This document shows, one piece after another, positions 11,777-26,020 of a DNA stretch of 64,000 nt. The notes beneath the pieces were generated by a model. The model was not told where the DNA came from. It was given only the letters and a program-made list of their open reading frames with translations, and did not search any database. How positions within the stretch are numbered: the first letter of the stretch is position 1; every line of letters begins with the position of its first letter. Made by a program: the position numbers and the translations under genes. This DNA is from Chiloscyllium plagiosum (Eukaryota). Where the stretch lies: positions 8,147,883-8,211,882 of the forward strand of contig NC_057720.1 of assembly GCF_004010195.1 (NCBI RefSeq). Direction: 5' to 3'.

Positions 11777-13414
11777 CAGGGATGCATAACTGTTGAAGTT
11801 CATCCATGTGTGCTTCAAATGTCTGCCATTGCCTATCCACCATCAACCTGCTAAGTTCCTTGACTAGTTTAATCCTAGCCAATGCATGCCTCATACCAAA
11901 GTTAGCTTTCTTTCAGTTCAGGACTGTCATTTCAGATTTAATTGTGTCACTTTCCACCTTTAATGAAGAATTCTACTGATTATGGTCACTATTCCCCAAA
12001 GGGTCTCGCACTATTGCTAATGTTGCTAATTAATCCTCTCTCATTACACAACATAGAATGGCTTGCTCTCTGGTTGTTTCGTCAACAAATTGATCAAGGA
12101 AACCCTCCCTCAGACATTTCAGGAAATCCTTCTCTGTTACATTGCTATCAGTTTGGTTACTTCAATCAATATGTAGATTGAAGTCACCTATAATAACTAG
12201 TGTACCCTGACTGCATACATCTCTAATTTCCTGTTTGATACAGTCCTCCAACATCACAATTACTGTCTGGGGTCTGTGCACAAGTCCCACTGATGTCTTT
12301 ATCCCTCTGGTGTTCCGCAACTCCACCCCGATTGATTCCACATTTTCCCGGCTAATGTCCTCCCTTACTATTGTGTTAATCTCCTCCTTAACAAGCAACA
12401 CTACCCCACCTTCCTTTCCTTTCTGTCTATCTTTCCTGAAAATTGAATAATCCTGGATTTTGAGTTCCCATCTTTGGTCACCCTGAAGCAAGGTATCTGT
12501 GATCCGAATTATATCATGTGTTAATAACTGGTTGTGCAGTTGATTCACCCACCGAGGTGAAAGAGATGATTTCCTGGAAGTCTCTGCTATAGAAAGTGGT
12601 TGATGCTAAAGTATTTAGAATGCTGTGTGGCTTGGAGGGGAACTTGTAGGTGGTGTAGTTCCCACGTAACTGCTGCCCTTGTGATCTCTACCATCTAGAG
12701 GATTAGCTTCAGAGTTCTGTTGAAGGAACTTTGAGTTATTGTAGTGGATGGTATGAAATCCTGCCAACTTGAGTTTTGGTGGAGGGAATCAATGTTTAAG
12801 GTGTAAGAGGTAAAGCCAGTTAAGTTTTCCTGGATGCTATTGAGAAATTTGAGTATTGACAGAGCTGCACTCATTCATGTAAGTGAAAAATAATCCATAA
12901 TATTCCTGAAGTAAGTTTTTTTTGTGGACATTCTTTTGGGAATTAGCAGGTAGGTTACTCACTCTAATTTCCAAGCCTCTGAGCTTCTCTTGAAGTCTTG
13001 TAGCATCTATATGGCTAGCTTAGTTCAGCGCATGGGCAAATTCAACCATTTACATTCAATCTAGAAGTAGAAATAGGCCATTCATCTTGCTCCTCATCAC
13101 TCAAAGCTTGGTGCATGAGAAAATGTGAGTCATGTGGAGCTTTCATCCAGCAGGATATATAAACTAATGCGGCAATGGTTATGTAATTCCTCACAACGTA
13201 AGGAATTAAATGTGGATAACATGGTATTAAGAGATGTAACAGAAGTTTATTGGTGTGGACTATTATATACAATTATTACATTCACAGACATATCACTATC
13301 TGAGCTAGTTTAAACTGTTTGCTTACAGCAGAAGAGAATGCTTCCATACACTTCCAGTAATCTGAGTTGAGGTAATACCTGAAATGTTTATACACTCTGG
13401 TCACATGTCATGAC

Positions 13415-16400
13415 ATGAGTCACAGAACTGCACAGCATGGAAACAGACCCTTCAGTCCAACTCGTCCATTCCAACCAGACATCCTAAATTAATTGAGTCC
13501 CATTTGCCAGCATGTGGCTCATATCCCTCTAAACCCTTTTGAATGTTGCAATTGTACCAACCTCCAATATTTCCTCGAGCAGCTCATTCCATATATGCAC
13601 CACCGTCTGCATGAAAATGTTACTCCTTCAGTCCCTTCTAAATCTTTTCCCTTTCACTTTAAACCTATGCCTCTTGTTTTGGGGTACTCCACATGAGAGA
13701 AAAGACCTTGGCTTTTTACCTATCCATGCCCCTCATGATTTTATAAATCTCCATAAGGTCAGCTCTCAGCATACGATGCTCTTGGGAAAATAGCCTGAGC
13801 CTATTCATCCTCTCCCTACAGCTGAAACCTTCCAACCCCGACAACATCCTTGTAAATCCCTTCTGAACGCTTTTCAATTTCACAACAACCAGCCTATAGC
13901 AGCGAGACCAGAATTACACGCAGTATTCCAAAAGTGGCCGAACCAATGTCTTGCACTGCTGTAGTATGACCTCCCAATTCCTATACTCAATGTACTGATC
14001 AATAAAGGAAAGTGTACCAAATGCCGCCTTCACTATCCTATCTACCCGCGAATCTACTTTCAAGGAATTATAAATCTGTACCACAAGGTCTCTTTGTTCA
14101 GAAACATTCCGCTGGACCTAACCATTAAGTGTATAAGTCCTGCCCTGATTTGCATTTCCAAAATGCATTCCCTCATATCTATCCAAATTAAACTCCATCT
14201 GCCACTCTTTGGCCCATCGGCCCATCTAATCAAAGTCCTGTTGTGCTCTGAGATAACCAGTGTTAAAGGTTTAGATGAAGAGGAATTTCTTCAGTGTGTA
14301 CAAGACAATTTTCTGATTCAGTATGTGGATGTACCAACTAGAGAAGGTGCAAAACTTGACCTACTCTTGGGAAATAAGGCAGGGCAGGTGACTGAGGTGT
14401 CAGTGGGGGAGCACTTTGGGCCCAGCGACCATAATTCTATTTGTTTTAAAATAGTGATGGAAAAGGATAGACCAGATCTAAAAGTTGAAGTTCTAAATTG
14501 GAGAAAGGCCAATTGTTACGGTATTAGTCAAGAACTCTTGAAAGCTGATTGGAGGCAGATGTTCGCAGGTAAAGGGACGGCTGGAAAATGGGAAGCCTTC
14601 AGAAATGAGATAACAACAATCCAGAGAAAGTATATTCCTGTCAGGGTGAAAGCGAAGGCTGGTAGGTATAGGGAATGCTGGATGACTAAGAAATTGGGGG
14701 TTTGGTTAAGAAAAAGAAGGAAACATATGTCCGGTATAGACAGGATAGATCGAGGGATTCCTTAGAGTATAAAGGAAGTAGGAGTATACTTAAGAGGGAA
14801 ATCAAGAGGGCAAAATGGGGACATGAGATAGCTTTGGCAAATAGAATTAATCTAAATTCTAAAAAATAATCCAAAGGGCTTTTACAAATATATTAAGGAC
14901 AAAGGGTAGGGAGAGAATAGGGCCTCTCAAAGATCAGCAAGACGGCCTTTGTGTGGAGCCACAGAAAATGGGGGAGATACTAAATGAATATTTTGCATCA
15001 GTATTTACTGTGGTAAAGGATGTGGAAAATATAGACTGTAGGGAAACAGATGGTGACATATTGCAAAATGTCCAGATTACAGAGGAGGAAGTGCTGGATG
15101 TCTTGAAACAGTTAAAGGTGGATAAATCCCCAGGACCTGATCAGGTGTACCCGAGAACTCTGGGAAGCTAGAGAAGTGATTGCTGGGCCTCTTGCTGAGA
15201 TATTTGTATCATTGATAGTCACAGGTGACTAGAGGTTGGCAAATGTGGTGTCACTGTTGAAGGGCGGTAAAGACAAGCTAGGAACTATAGACCGGTGAGC
15301 TTGACCTTGGTGGTGGGCAAGTTGTTGGAGGGAATCCTGAGGGACAGGATGCACATGTATTTGGAAAGGCAAAGACTGATTCGGGATAGTCACCATGGCT
15401 TTGTGCATGGGAAATCATGTCTCTCAAACTTGATTGGGTTTTTTGAAGAAGTAACAAAAGATTGAGGGCAGAGCAGTAGATGTGATCGATATGGACGTCG
15501 GTAAGACATTCGATAAGGTTCCCCATGGGAGACTGATTAGCAAGGTTCGATCTCATGGAATACAGGGAGAACTAGCCATTTGGATACAGAACTGGCTCAA
15601 AGGTAGAAGACAGAGGGTGGTGGAGGGTTGTTTTTCAGACTGGAGGCCTGTGACCAGTGGAATGCCACAAGGATCGGTGCTGGGCCCTCTACTTTTTGTC
15701 ATTTACATAAATGATTTGGATGTGAGCATAAGAGGTACAGTTAGTAAGTTTGCAGATGACACCAAAATTGGAGGTGTAGTGGACNNNNNNNNNNNNCCCA
15801 GGACCGGATCAGGTGTACCCGAGAACTCTGTGGGAAGCTAGAGAAGTGATTGCTGGGCCTCTTGCTGAGATATTTGTATCATCGATAGTCACAGGTGACT
15901 GGAGGTTGGCAAATGTGGTGCCACTGTTGAAGGGCGGTAAAGACAAGCTAGGAACTATAGACCGGTGAGCTTGATCTTGGTGGTGGGCAAGTTGTTGGAG
16001 GGAATCCTGAGGGATAGGATGCACATGTATTTGGAAAGGCAAAGACTGATTCGGGATAATCAACATGGCTTTGTGCATGGGAAATCATGTCTCTCAAACT
16101 TTGTTTGGGTTTTTTGAAGAAGTAACAAAGAAGATTGAGGGCAGAGCAGTAGATGTGATCGATATGGACTTCGGTAAGACATTCGATAAGGTTCCCCATG
16201 GGAGACTGATTAACAAGGTTAGATCTCATGGAATACAGGGAGAACTAGCCATTTGGATACAGAACTGGCTCAAAGGTAGAAGACAGAGGGTGTTGGTGGA
16301 GGGTTGTTTTTCAGACTGGAGGCCTGTGACCAGTGGAATGCCACAAGGATCGGTGCTGGGCCCTCTACTTTTTGTCATTTACATAAATGATTTGGATGCG

Positions 16401-17495
16401 AGCATAAGAGGTACAGTTGGTAAGTTTGCAGATGACACCAAAATTGGAGGTGTAGTGTAGTTACCACAGATTACAACAGGATATGAACTAATGGGCTGAG
16501 AAGTGGCAGATGTAGTTTAATTCAGATAAATGCGAGGTGCTGCATTTTGGGAAAGCAGGTCTTAGCAGGACTTATACACTTAATGGTAAGGTCTTAGGCC
16601 ACTGTTGGAATATTGCATGCAATTCTGGTCTCCTTCCTATCGGAAAGATGTTGTGAAACTTGAAAGGGTTCAGGAAAGATTTACAAGGATATTGCCAGGG
16701 TTTGAGGATCTGAGCTACAGGAGAGGCTGAACAGGCTGGAGCTGTTTTCCCTTGAGTGTCGGAGGCTGAGGGGGTGACCTTATAGAGGTTTACAAAATTG
16801 AGGGGTATTGATAGGATAAATAGACAATGTCTTTTTCCTGGGGTCAGTGAGTCCAGAACCTGAGGGCATAGGTTTAGGGTGAGAGGGGAAAGATATAAGA
16901 ATCATAAGGCGCAACCTTTTCACGCAGAGTGTGGTATGTGTATGGAATGAGCTGCCAGTGGAAGTGGTGGAGGCTGGTACAAATGCAACATAAGAGGCAT
17001 TTGGATGGGTATATTATTAGGAAGGGTTTGAGGGATATGGGCCGGGTGCTGGCAGGTGGGACTAGATTGGGATATTTGGTCAGGTTGGACCTAAGGATCT
17101 GTTTCCATGCTGTACATCTCGATGACTCTATGACTATCCACTATACCTCCAATTTTGGTGTCTTGTGCAAACATACTAACCATACCTCCTATGTTCACAC
17201 CCAAATCATTCACATAAATAGTAAATAGTGGATCCAGCACCAATCCTTATGGCACACCGCTGATCACAGGCTTCCTGTCTGAATAGTAACCCTCCACCAC
17301 CACCTTCAGTCTCCTGCCTTTGAGCCAGTTCTGTATCCCAATAGCTATTCCATGTGATCTAACCTTGCTAACCAGTTTACCGAGGAACCTTGTTGAGCCC
17401 CTTACTGAAGTCCATATAGATCATGTCCACTGCTCTGACCTCATCAATTCTCTTCATTACTTCTTCAAAACACAGTCAAGTTAGTGAGACATTAT
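13415..17495. mobile_element. Minus-strand CR1 (13415-14255 and 17135-17495) interrupted by a plus-strand CR1 (14257-17133)
   Basis: Endonuclease C-terminus PTREGAKLDLLL...SDHNSI and [13 protein letters not shown]...KFADDTK. The host CR1 resumes after the tail at 17133. Confidence 0.88.
15127..16460 (+). repeat. Near-identical ~660 bp duplication either side of a 12-N gap
   Basis: 15127-15784 and 15797-16460 share the same private-looking deletions. Confidence 0.85.
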
Positions 17496-17539
17496 TTTCT
17501 AAATTACTCCTGGTAATATTCTAAATATAGCCAACAAAT

Positions 17540-17772
17540 GTGAGGCTGGAAAGCCACAGCAGGTCCGACACATCTGAGGAACAGGAACGTCAACGCTTGG
17601 GTCCAAAACCCTTCATCAGCACTGGGCTGAACTGACCCTCCAGTTCTGCTAAAGAGTTTCAAAGCTGAAACATTGACTCTCATGCTCCTTGGATGCTCTC
17701 GGATCTGCTGTGCTTTTCCTGCCTCGCAGCTATTGACTCTGACTTCCAGCATCTGCCGTTTTTACTGTCTCC
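17540..17772. mobile_element. Decayed fold-back PLE-derived mini-element
   Basis: Inverted arms GCTGGAAAGCCACAGCAGGTCC / GGATCTGCTGTGCTTTTCC, with a CTTCATCAG hammerhead remnant. Confidence 0.65.
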
Positions 17773-17959
17773 AATACTCTGACTATTCATGGTTTAGCGA
17801 AATAATAAATCTGGCTGAAGTGTTCATCATATTGAACCTGACACATTCTGAGACCTACATAGTCGGCCATAACTGGTTCAATGTAAAAGTTATGATGACC
17901 AGTGGAGGAGTTGGACTCTAAGGAAACAAAGCACCTCTCCAATCACGGTTGTAACAACA

Positions 17960-20900
17960 TGAAGGTAAACTAGCAAGAAACATAAAAAGGAGCTTCTGAA
18001 GATTCGATAAGTATGTAAAAAAGGAAACTATTACCGAGCACAAATGTGGGCCCAAGGCAGGCAGCGACAAGAGAATTTATAATGTGGAATAAGAGAATGG
18101 CAGAGAAAAACCCAAATTACGTTTCTGTCTTCACCGAAGAATAGGAAAAAAAACACGTCCAAGGAATACTGCAGAACCAAGGGTCTCAGAACAGTGAGCA
18201 ACTGGAAGAAATTAAAATTCACAAAACAAAATAGCACTGTAGAAAGTAATGAGGCTGGAGGCTGATATATCATCTCCTAGACTTGATGATCTACAAGGGG
18301 TACTTGAAAGCTGTAGTTTTGAAGACAATGGTGCATCTTCCAAAATTCTACAGATTATGAAATATACCCTGCAGATTGGACGGTGATGAAAGTCAATTAT
18401 TTAAGAAAGGAGGGACAGAGGAAATGAGAGCTACAGATTCCAGTGAAAGTATATTCCTGTTTGGGTGAAAGGAAAGGCTGGTAGGAATAGGGAATGCTGG
18501 ATGACTAAAGAAATTGAGGGTTTGGTTAAGAAAAAGAAGGAAACATATATGTCAGGTATAGACAGGATAGATCGAGTGATTCCTTAGAGTATAAAGGAAG
18601 TAGGAGTATACTTAAGAGGGAAATCAGGAGGGAAAAAATGGGACATGAGATAGCTTTGGCAAATAGAATTGAGGAGAATCCAAGGGGTTTTTTGAAATAC
18701 ATTAAGGACAAAAGGGTAACTCGGGAGAGAATAAGGCCCCTCAAAGATCAGCAAGGCGGCCTTTGTGTGGAACCGCAGGAGATGGGGCAGATACTAAATG
18801 AGTATTTTGCATCAGTATTTACTTTGGAAAAGGACATGGAAGATATAGACTATCGGGAAATAGATGGTGACACGTTGAAAAATGTCCAGATTACAGAGGA
18901 GGAAGTGCTGGATGTCTTAAAACGCATAAGTGGATAAATACCCAGGACCTGAACAGGTGTACCCTAGACCTCTGTGGGAAGCTAGAGAAGTGATTGCTGG
19001 GCCTCTTGCTGGTTGGACGGTTGGTCCAACTGGTTTATTGCTGATTTGTTCCTGCTTTAATAAGGAATTGGAATCCCTTGTTAAAGGGAAGAGGGCGGCC
19101 TATGTAAAGATGAGGCGTGAAGGTTCAATTGGGGCGATTGAGAGGAAGGATCTGAAGAGAGAGCTAAAAGCAGCAAGGAGGGGACATGAAAAGTCCTTAG
19201 TTGGTAGGATTAGGGAAAACCCAAAGGCTTTCTATAGGTATGTCAGGAATAAAAGAATGATTTAGGGTAGGAATAGGTCCAGACAAGGATAGTAGTGGGA
19301 AGTTGTGTGTGGAGGCTGAAGAGATTGGGGAGACACTGAATGAATACTTTTCGTCAGTATTCATTCAGAGGACATTGTTGTTGATATGATTACTGAGTCA
19401 CAATTAATTAGAATGGACGGCTTTGAGGTATGTAGGGAAGAGGTGTTGGAAATTCTGGAAAGGGTGAAAATAGATAAGTCCCCTGGGCCTGATGGCATTT
19501 ATTCGAGGATTCTCTGGGAAGCAAGGGAGGAGATTGCAGAGTCACTGGCCTTGATTTTTATGTCGTTGTCTACAGGAATAGTGCCAGAAGACTGGAGGAT
19601 AGCAAATGTGGTTCCTTTGTGTAAGAAGGGGAGTAGGGATAACCCTAGTAAGTATAGGCCGGTGAGTCTCACTTCTGTTGTGGGCAAAGTATTACTCTCT
19701 GCTTCCCACAATCAAGCCAATTTTGTATCCAGTTTGCCACCTCCCCCTTAATTCTATGCAATCTAACCTTCCAGAGCAGCGTACCATGTGGAAACGGATT
19801 GAAGGTTTTACTGAAATCCATATAGACTACGTATACCATTGCTTGTCACTTCATGAAAGAACACAAACAAATTTGTGAGCCATTATCTTCCAGGCACAAA
19901 GCCATGCTGACTTTGATGAATGGCTTTTGCCCAAAACAGTGATTTCATGCTCCGAAACTGCTGTGATTTCCAGTACCGCTCTGATTTTATTCATAAACAC
20001 ACAGTGTCTTTCCAAATGCATGGATATCTTATCTCTCAGAACCTTGTCAAGTAACCTACCTACTAGATTTTAGGTTTATTGGTCTATAGTTCTCAGAGGT
20101 TTTTTGTAGCCCTTCTTGAATTAGGGCACAGCATTCGTTAACCTCCAGTCCTCCTTGACCTTATCAGTTGGCCAGCGATGATGCAAAAGTGCCAACCAGG
20201 ACAACCACAATTTCTTCTCTGTCTTCCTACAGTGTTGCTAAATACAGTGGGGTGAGGAAGGCATATGGCGTACTGGCTTTTATTTGTAGAGGAATTGAGT
20301 TCCGGAGTCCTGAGGTCATGTTGCAGTTGTATAAGACTCTGGTGCGGTCGCATCTGGAGTATTGTGTGCAGTTTTGGTCGCCATATTATAGGAAGGATGT
20401 GGAGGCACTGGAATGGGTGCAGAGGAGGTTTACCAGGATGTTGCCTTGTATGGTAGGAAGATCGTATGAGGAAAGGCTTAGGCACTTGGGGCTGTTTTCA
20501 TTGGAGAAAAGAAGGTTTAGGGGTGACTTGACAGAGGTGTACAAGATGATTAGGGGTTTAGATAGGGTTGACCATGAGAACCTTTTTCCACGTATGGAGT
20601 CAGCTATTACGAGGGGGCATAGCTTTAAATTAAGGGGTGGTAGGTATAGGACTGATGTTAGGGGTAGATTCTTTACTCTGAGTCGTGAGTTCATAGAATG
20701 CCCTGCCAGTAGCAGTGGTGGACTCTCCCTCTTTATGGGCATTTAAACGGGCATTGGATAGGCATATGGAGGATAGTGGGCTAGTGTAGGTTAGGTGGGT
20801 TTAGATCGGCGCAACATTGAGGGCCAAAGGGCCTGTACTGCGCTGTATTTTTCTATGTTCTATGTTAACATGGCTTTATGCGTGGGAAATCATGTCTCTC

Positions 20901-22135
20901 AAACTTGATTGAGTTTTTTGAAGTAACAAAGAGGATGGAGGGCAGAGCAGTAGATGTGATTTATATGGACTTCAGTAAGGCGTTCGACAAGGTTCCCCAT
21001 GGGACACTGATTAGCAAGGTTAGATCTTATGGAATACGTGGAGAACTAGCCATTTGGATACAGAACTGGCTCAAAGATAGGAGGCAGAGGTTGGTGGTGG
21101 AGGGTTGTTTTTCAGACTGGAGGCTTGTGACCAGTGGAGTGCCACAAGGATCGGTGCTGGGTCCACAACTTTTCTTCTTTTATATAAATGATTTTGATGT
21201 GAGCATAAGAGGTGTAGTTAGTAAATTTGCTGATGACACCAAAATTAGGGGTGTAGTGGACAACGAAGAAGGTTACCACAGATTACAATGGGATCTTGAT
21301 CAGATGGGCCAATAGGCTGAGAATTGGCAGATGGATTTTGATTCAGATAATTGTATGGTGCTGCATTTTGGGAAAGCAAATCTTAGCAGGACTTAGACTC
21401 CTAATGGTAAGGTCCTAGGGAGTGTTGCTGAACAAAGACCTTGGAATGCAGGTTCATAGCTCCTTGAAAGTGGAGTCGCAGGTAGATTGAATAGTGAAGG
21501 TGTTTGGTATGCTTTCCTTTATTGGTCAGAGTATTGAGTACAGGAGTTGGGAGGTCATGTTGCGTCTATACAGGACATTGGTTAGGCCACTGTTGGAATA
21601 TTGCGTGCAAATCTGGTCTCCTTCCTACCGGAAAGATGTTGTGAAACTTGAAAGGGTTCAGAAAATATTTACAAGGATGTTGCCAGGGTTGGAGGATTTG
21701 AGCTATAGGGAGAGGTTGAATAGGCTAGGGCTGTTTTCCCTTGAGCGTCGGAGGCTGAGGGGATGACCTTTATAGAAGTTTATAAAATCATGAGGGTCAT
21801 TGATAGGATAAATAGACAAAGTCTTTTCCCTGGGGTGGGGGAGTCCAGAACTAGAGGGAATAGATTTAGTGTGAGACAGTAAAGATATAAGAGACTCAAG
21901 GAGCAACGTTTTCATGCATAGGGTGGTACGTATATGGAATGAGCTGCCAGAGGAAGTGGAGGCTAGTTACAATTGCAAAATTTAAAAGGCATCTGGATGG
22001 ATGTATGAATAGGAAGGGTTTGGAGGTATATGGCCAGGTGCTGGCAGGTGGGACTAGATTGTGTTGGGATATCTGGTCGCCATGGATGAGTTGGACGGAA
22101 GGGTCTGTTTCCATGCTGTACATCTCTATGACTCT
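17960..22135 (+). mobile_element. Composite of nested CR1 pieces from at least two subfamilies, with a minus-strand piece at ~19690-20240
   Basis: Peptides KSPGPDGIY...[37 protein letters not shown]...KFADDTK and LVRSHLEYCVQFWSP. Confidence 0.88.
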
Positions 22136-22294
22136 TTGACCTATTACATTGATGCTAGTAATTTGGAAAATGTTAAATTGTGTTGGGATATCTGGTCGCC
22201 ATGGATGAGTTGGACCGAAGGATCTGTTTCCATGCTGTACATCTCTATGACTCTGACCTATTACATTGATGCTAGTAATTTGGAAAATGTTAAA
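22058..22294. repeat. Direct tandem duplication of ~119 bp (CR1 tail plus flank)
   Basis: ATTGTGTTGGGATATCTGGTCGCC...GGAAAATGTTAAA is repeated at 22058 and 22177. Confidence 0.9.
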
Positions 22295-22660
22295 ATCCAC
22301 TGTGGAGAGTGTGATAACTGTATAATCAGAAAATAATGGTAAAATTTGGCAAAGTCAAAATTAATTAGCAGAAGGCATAGCTAACAAACCTATTGGAGTT
22401 TGAGGATGTTATTACTGGAATGGACAAGTAGAAACCAATGGATATGATGTGCTTGGATTTTCAAAAGACGTTTGATAAAGTCCCACATGGGAGGAAATTG
22501 AGGTAATATCCTGGCATGGATTGAAAATTATTTAATGGACAGGAAACAAAGAATAGGAATAATCAGGTCATTCCCAGGTTGACAGACTGAGTGGTATAGT
22601 GAAAGGATGTGTGCTTGGTCTCAGCTGTTCATAATAAACTTTATTGATTTGGATGTGGGG

Positions 22661-22732
22661 ATCAATGTAATGTTTTAAGGCTTGCTGATGGCACAAATCA
22701 ATGTAATGTTTTAAGGCTTGCTGATGGCACAA
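22661..22732. repeat. Perfect 36-bp tandem duplication
   Basis: ATCAATGTAATGTTTTAAGGCTTGCTGATGGCACAA twice, inside a decayed CR1. Confidence 0.9.
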
Positions 22733-23177
22733 AACCATGTGGGAATGTGAACTGAGATGGATGCAAAGTGGCTTCAAGGGGATTTGGAGAGGTGAGGTGT
22801 ATGCGCAAGGATATGCGCAACGATGGATTACACCATAATGTGGAAAAATGTCAAGTTATCCACTTTGCCAGAAAGAGCATAAATGCAGTGTATTTTTGTA
22901 TTGTAAAACTGGGAAGCTTTGTCATCCAAAGAGTGGGCAACCTTGTTCATAGATCACAGCAAACTAACATGATTGGGGTGGGGAGAACAGAACTAGAGGG
23001 CATAGGTTTAGGCTGAGGGGGGAAAGGTATAAAAGGGATCTAAGGGGCAACTTTTTCATGCAGAGGGTGGTGCGTGTATGGAATGAGCTGCCAGAGGAAG
23101 TGGTGGAGGCTGGTACAATTGCAACATTTAAAACTCATCTGGATGAGTATATGAAAAGGAAGGGTTTGGAGGGATAT

Positions 23178-24170
23178 AGGGTAAAAACAATGACTGCAGA
23201 TGCTGGAAACCAGATTCTGGATTAGTGGTGCTGGAAGAGCACAGCAGTTCAAGNNNNNNNNNNNNNNNNNNNNNNNNNNNNNNNNNNNNNNNNNNNNNNN
23301 NNNNNNNNNNNNNNNNNNNNNNNNNNNNNNNNNNNNNNNNNNNNNNNNNNNNNNNNNNNNNNNNNNNNNNNNNNNNNNNNNNNNNNNNNNNNNNNNNNNN
23401 NNNNNNNNNNNNNNNNNNNNNNNNNNNNNNNNNNNNNNNNNNNNNNNNNNNNNNNNNNNNNNNNNNNNNNNNNNNNNNNNNNNNNNNNNNNNNNNNNNNN
23501 NNNNNNNNNNNNNNNNNNNNNNNNNNNNNNNNNNNNNNNNNNNNNNNNNNNNNNNNNNNNNNNNNNNNNNNNNNNNNNNNNNNNNNNNNNNCTCCGTGAC
23601 TACCTGGTCAGGTCCACACCCCCCTACAACCCACCGTCCCATCCTGGCACTTTCCCCTGCCACCGCAGGAACTGTAAAACCTGCGCCCACACCTCCTCCC
23701 TCATCTCTATCCAAAGCCCTAAAGGAGCCTTCCACATCCATCAAAGCTTTACTTGCACATCCACTGATATTATTTATTGTATCTGTTCCTCCCATTGCGG
23801 TCTCCTCTACATTGGGGAGACTGCACCCCTCCTAGCAGAGCGCTTTAGGGAACATCTCCAGGACACCCACACCGCCCCGTGGCCCAACATTTCAACTCCC
23901 CCCTCCTACTCTGCTGAGGACATGGAGGTCCTGGGCCTCCTTCACTGCTGCTCCCTTACCACCAGACGCCTGGAGGAAGAACGCCTCATCCTCTGCCTTG
24001 GAACACTTCAACCCCAGGGCATCAATGTGGACTTCAACAGTTTCCTCATTTCCCCTTCCCCCACCTCACCCTAGTTCCAAATTTCCAGCTCAGCACTGTC
24101 CCCATGACTTGTCTGGACTTGTCCTACCTGCCTATCTCCTCTTCCACCTATCCACTCCACCCTCTCCTCC
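23178..24170. mobile_element. Neptune-type PLE (Cys-rich linker plus GIY-YIG) inserted in a CR1 3' end; spans a gap
   Basis: TSD TTGGAGGGATAT at 23166-23177 and 24171-24182. The plus strand gives PGTFPCHRRNCKTCAH...IIYCICSSHCGLLYIGET. Confidence 0.88.
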
Positions 24171-24359
24171 TTGGAGGGATATGGGTCAAGTGCTGGCAAA
24201 TGGGACGAGATTTATGTAGGATATCTGGTCGGTGTGGATGAATTGGATGGAAGGGTCTTTTTCTGTGCTGTACTGCTCTGACTCAAAGTGCAGCAAGCAC
24301 TTGGGAAGCTAAGTTCCAAGCTGACCTTTATTCTAAGAGAAACTAAGTACACACATTGA

Positions 24360-24765
24360 GAGCCAATGGTATTGGCAGTGGCTGGATTGGTGAGCTTGGT
24401 CTGAAACCGACTTCTTGTGGAGTCAATTCTGAGCTAATGGCATTGATGGGGTCTGCATTGGTGAGGTCCAGGGAGGGCTTTGGTGAGGACATTGGTGGAG
24501 GCAAAATGGCAAAGTGTGGAGACTTTCATTTTTAGCAGCAGTGAGGGGCTCGTGCACCAGGCGCAAGGCCCATGCGGAGCACTTCACAAGAAGACTGGGA
24601 AATTGGACACTTTTTTCTTTTTCTTCATTTCTTTATTTTCTTTATATTTGGTTCATTTTTTGTGTTTTAGATAGCACCAGAGAGTGGTGTCACTATTCAA
24701 CACTTTTTGGTTTACTTTGCAGCAAACTGCGCATGGCAATAAATAAATAAATAAAATCAAATATC
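24360..24765 (+). mobile_element. Decayed non-autonomous element with a Rex-like 3' end
   Basis: G-rich body, T-rich tract, then AGATAGCACCAGAGAGTGG...CATGGCAATAAATAAATAAAATCAAAT. Resembles the 3' part of 58731-60289. Confidence 0.5.
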
Positions 24766-24789
24766 GATTAAAGAAAACCAGCTTTAAAT

Positions 24790-26020
24790 CTTTATTGAGC
24801 TTTGGTAACAGTGCATCTGGAGTATTGTGTGCAGTTTTGGTCTTATTACCTAAAAGGAGAGAGTGTAGTGCAACAAGGTTTATCAGATTGATCTCTGAGA
24901 GGCCAGGATTGTTTCATGAGAAGAAATTGATGAGACTATATAATCTCTGGAGTTGTAGAATGAGATTGGATCTCATTAAAGCATCCGATATTTATACAGG
25001 TTTGACAGGGTAGCATCATAGAGGACTGAAACAGACCCTTCAGTCCAACAATTCCATGCTGTCCAGGTTTCCCAAACTAAGCAAGCCCCATTTTCCAATA
25101 TTTGACTCATATCCCTCTAAACCTTTCCTATTCACATACCTGTCTTTCAAATATTGTAACTGTACCTGCGTTTACCACTTCCTCTGGCAGCTTGTTCCAT
25201 ACTGCATCACCCTCTGTGAAAAGTTGCCCCACAAGTCCCTTGTAAATCTTTCCCTTTTCAGCTTCAACCTGAGGAATTGAGTATAGTAGACTGGGACTAT
25301 ACTTGCTGGAATTTGGAAGAATGAAGTGGGGGGGGGTCTTGCAGAAAAATATAAAATTATGAAGGAAATAGGTAAGATAGAAGCAGGGAGATTGTTTCCA
25401 CTGGTGGGTGAAACAATAACTCGGGGGCATTGCCTCAAAATAAGTGGTGGGGAGGGGAAAGCAGATTTAGGACTGAGTTGAGGAGCTTCTTCACCCAAAG
25501 GGTTGTGAATCTGTGGAATTCCCTGCCCAGAGAAGGAGCTGAGGGTACCTCATTGAACGTTTTTAAGGCAAAGATAAATTTTTGAACAACAAAGGAATTA
25601 AGGGATACAGGGAGAGGGTGGGTAAGTGGAGCTGAGTCCATGAAAAGATCAGCTATGATCCTATTGAATGGCGGAGCAGGCTTAAGGGGTCAGATAGCCT
25701 ACTCCTACCCCTAGTTCTTATGTCCTATATTTTCCCTGGCTGTGAACCTTGAACCATGGGACACAAGCTCAGAACATGGGGTAAGCCATGTTGGTCTCAG
25801 ATGGGCAGAAATTTGCTCACTCAAAGGATGGTGAATCTTTAAAATTCTGCATCAGAAGAGTTATGGAAAGTCGGTCATTGAGTGATTTCATGATATCAAG
25901 GAAATGGAAGGATTTGGGGACAGTGCAGGGAAGGTAGAAGATTAATCATGATCTTGTTGAATGGCAAAGCAGGCCCTAGGAACCAAATGGCCTACTCCTA
26001 ATTCCAATTTCCAAGATTCC
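24790..26020. mobile_element. Nested CR1 3' fragments
   Basis: Repeated CR1 3' motifs (TTCTTCACCCA.AGGGTTGTGAATCTGTGGAATTCCC) on both strands. Confidence 0.78.

Larger units (their letters stand above)
9770..12550 (-). mobile_element. Long decayed CR1 with APE endonuclease and RT remnants
   Basis: 12162-12548 gives IFRKDRQKGKEGGVVLLVK...IIGDFN (APE endonuclease). 10359-10700 gives YLDFQKAFNKV...GSVLG...FVDDT (RT). Confidence 0.88.
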
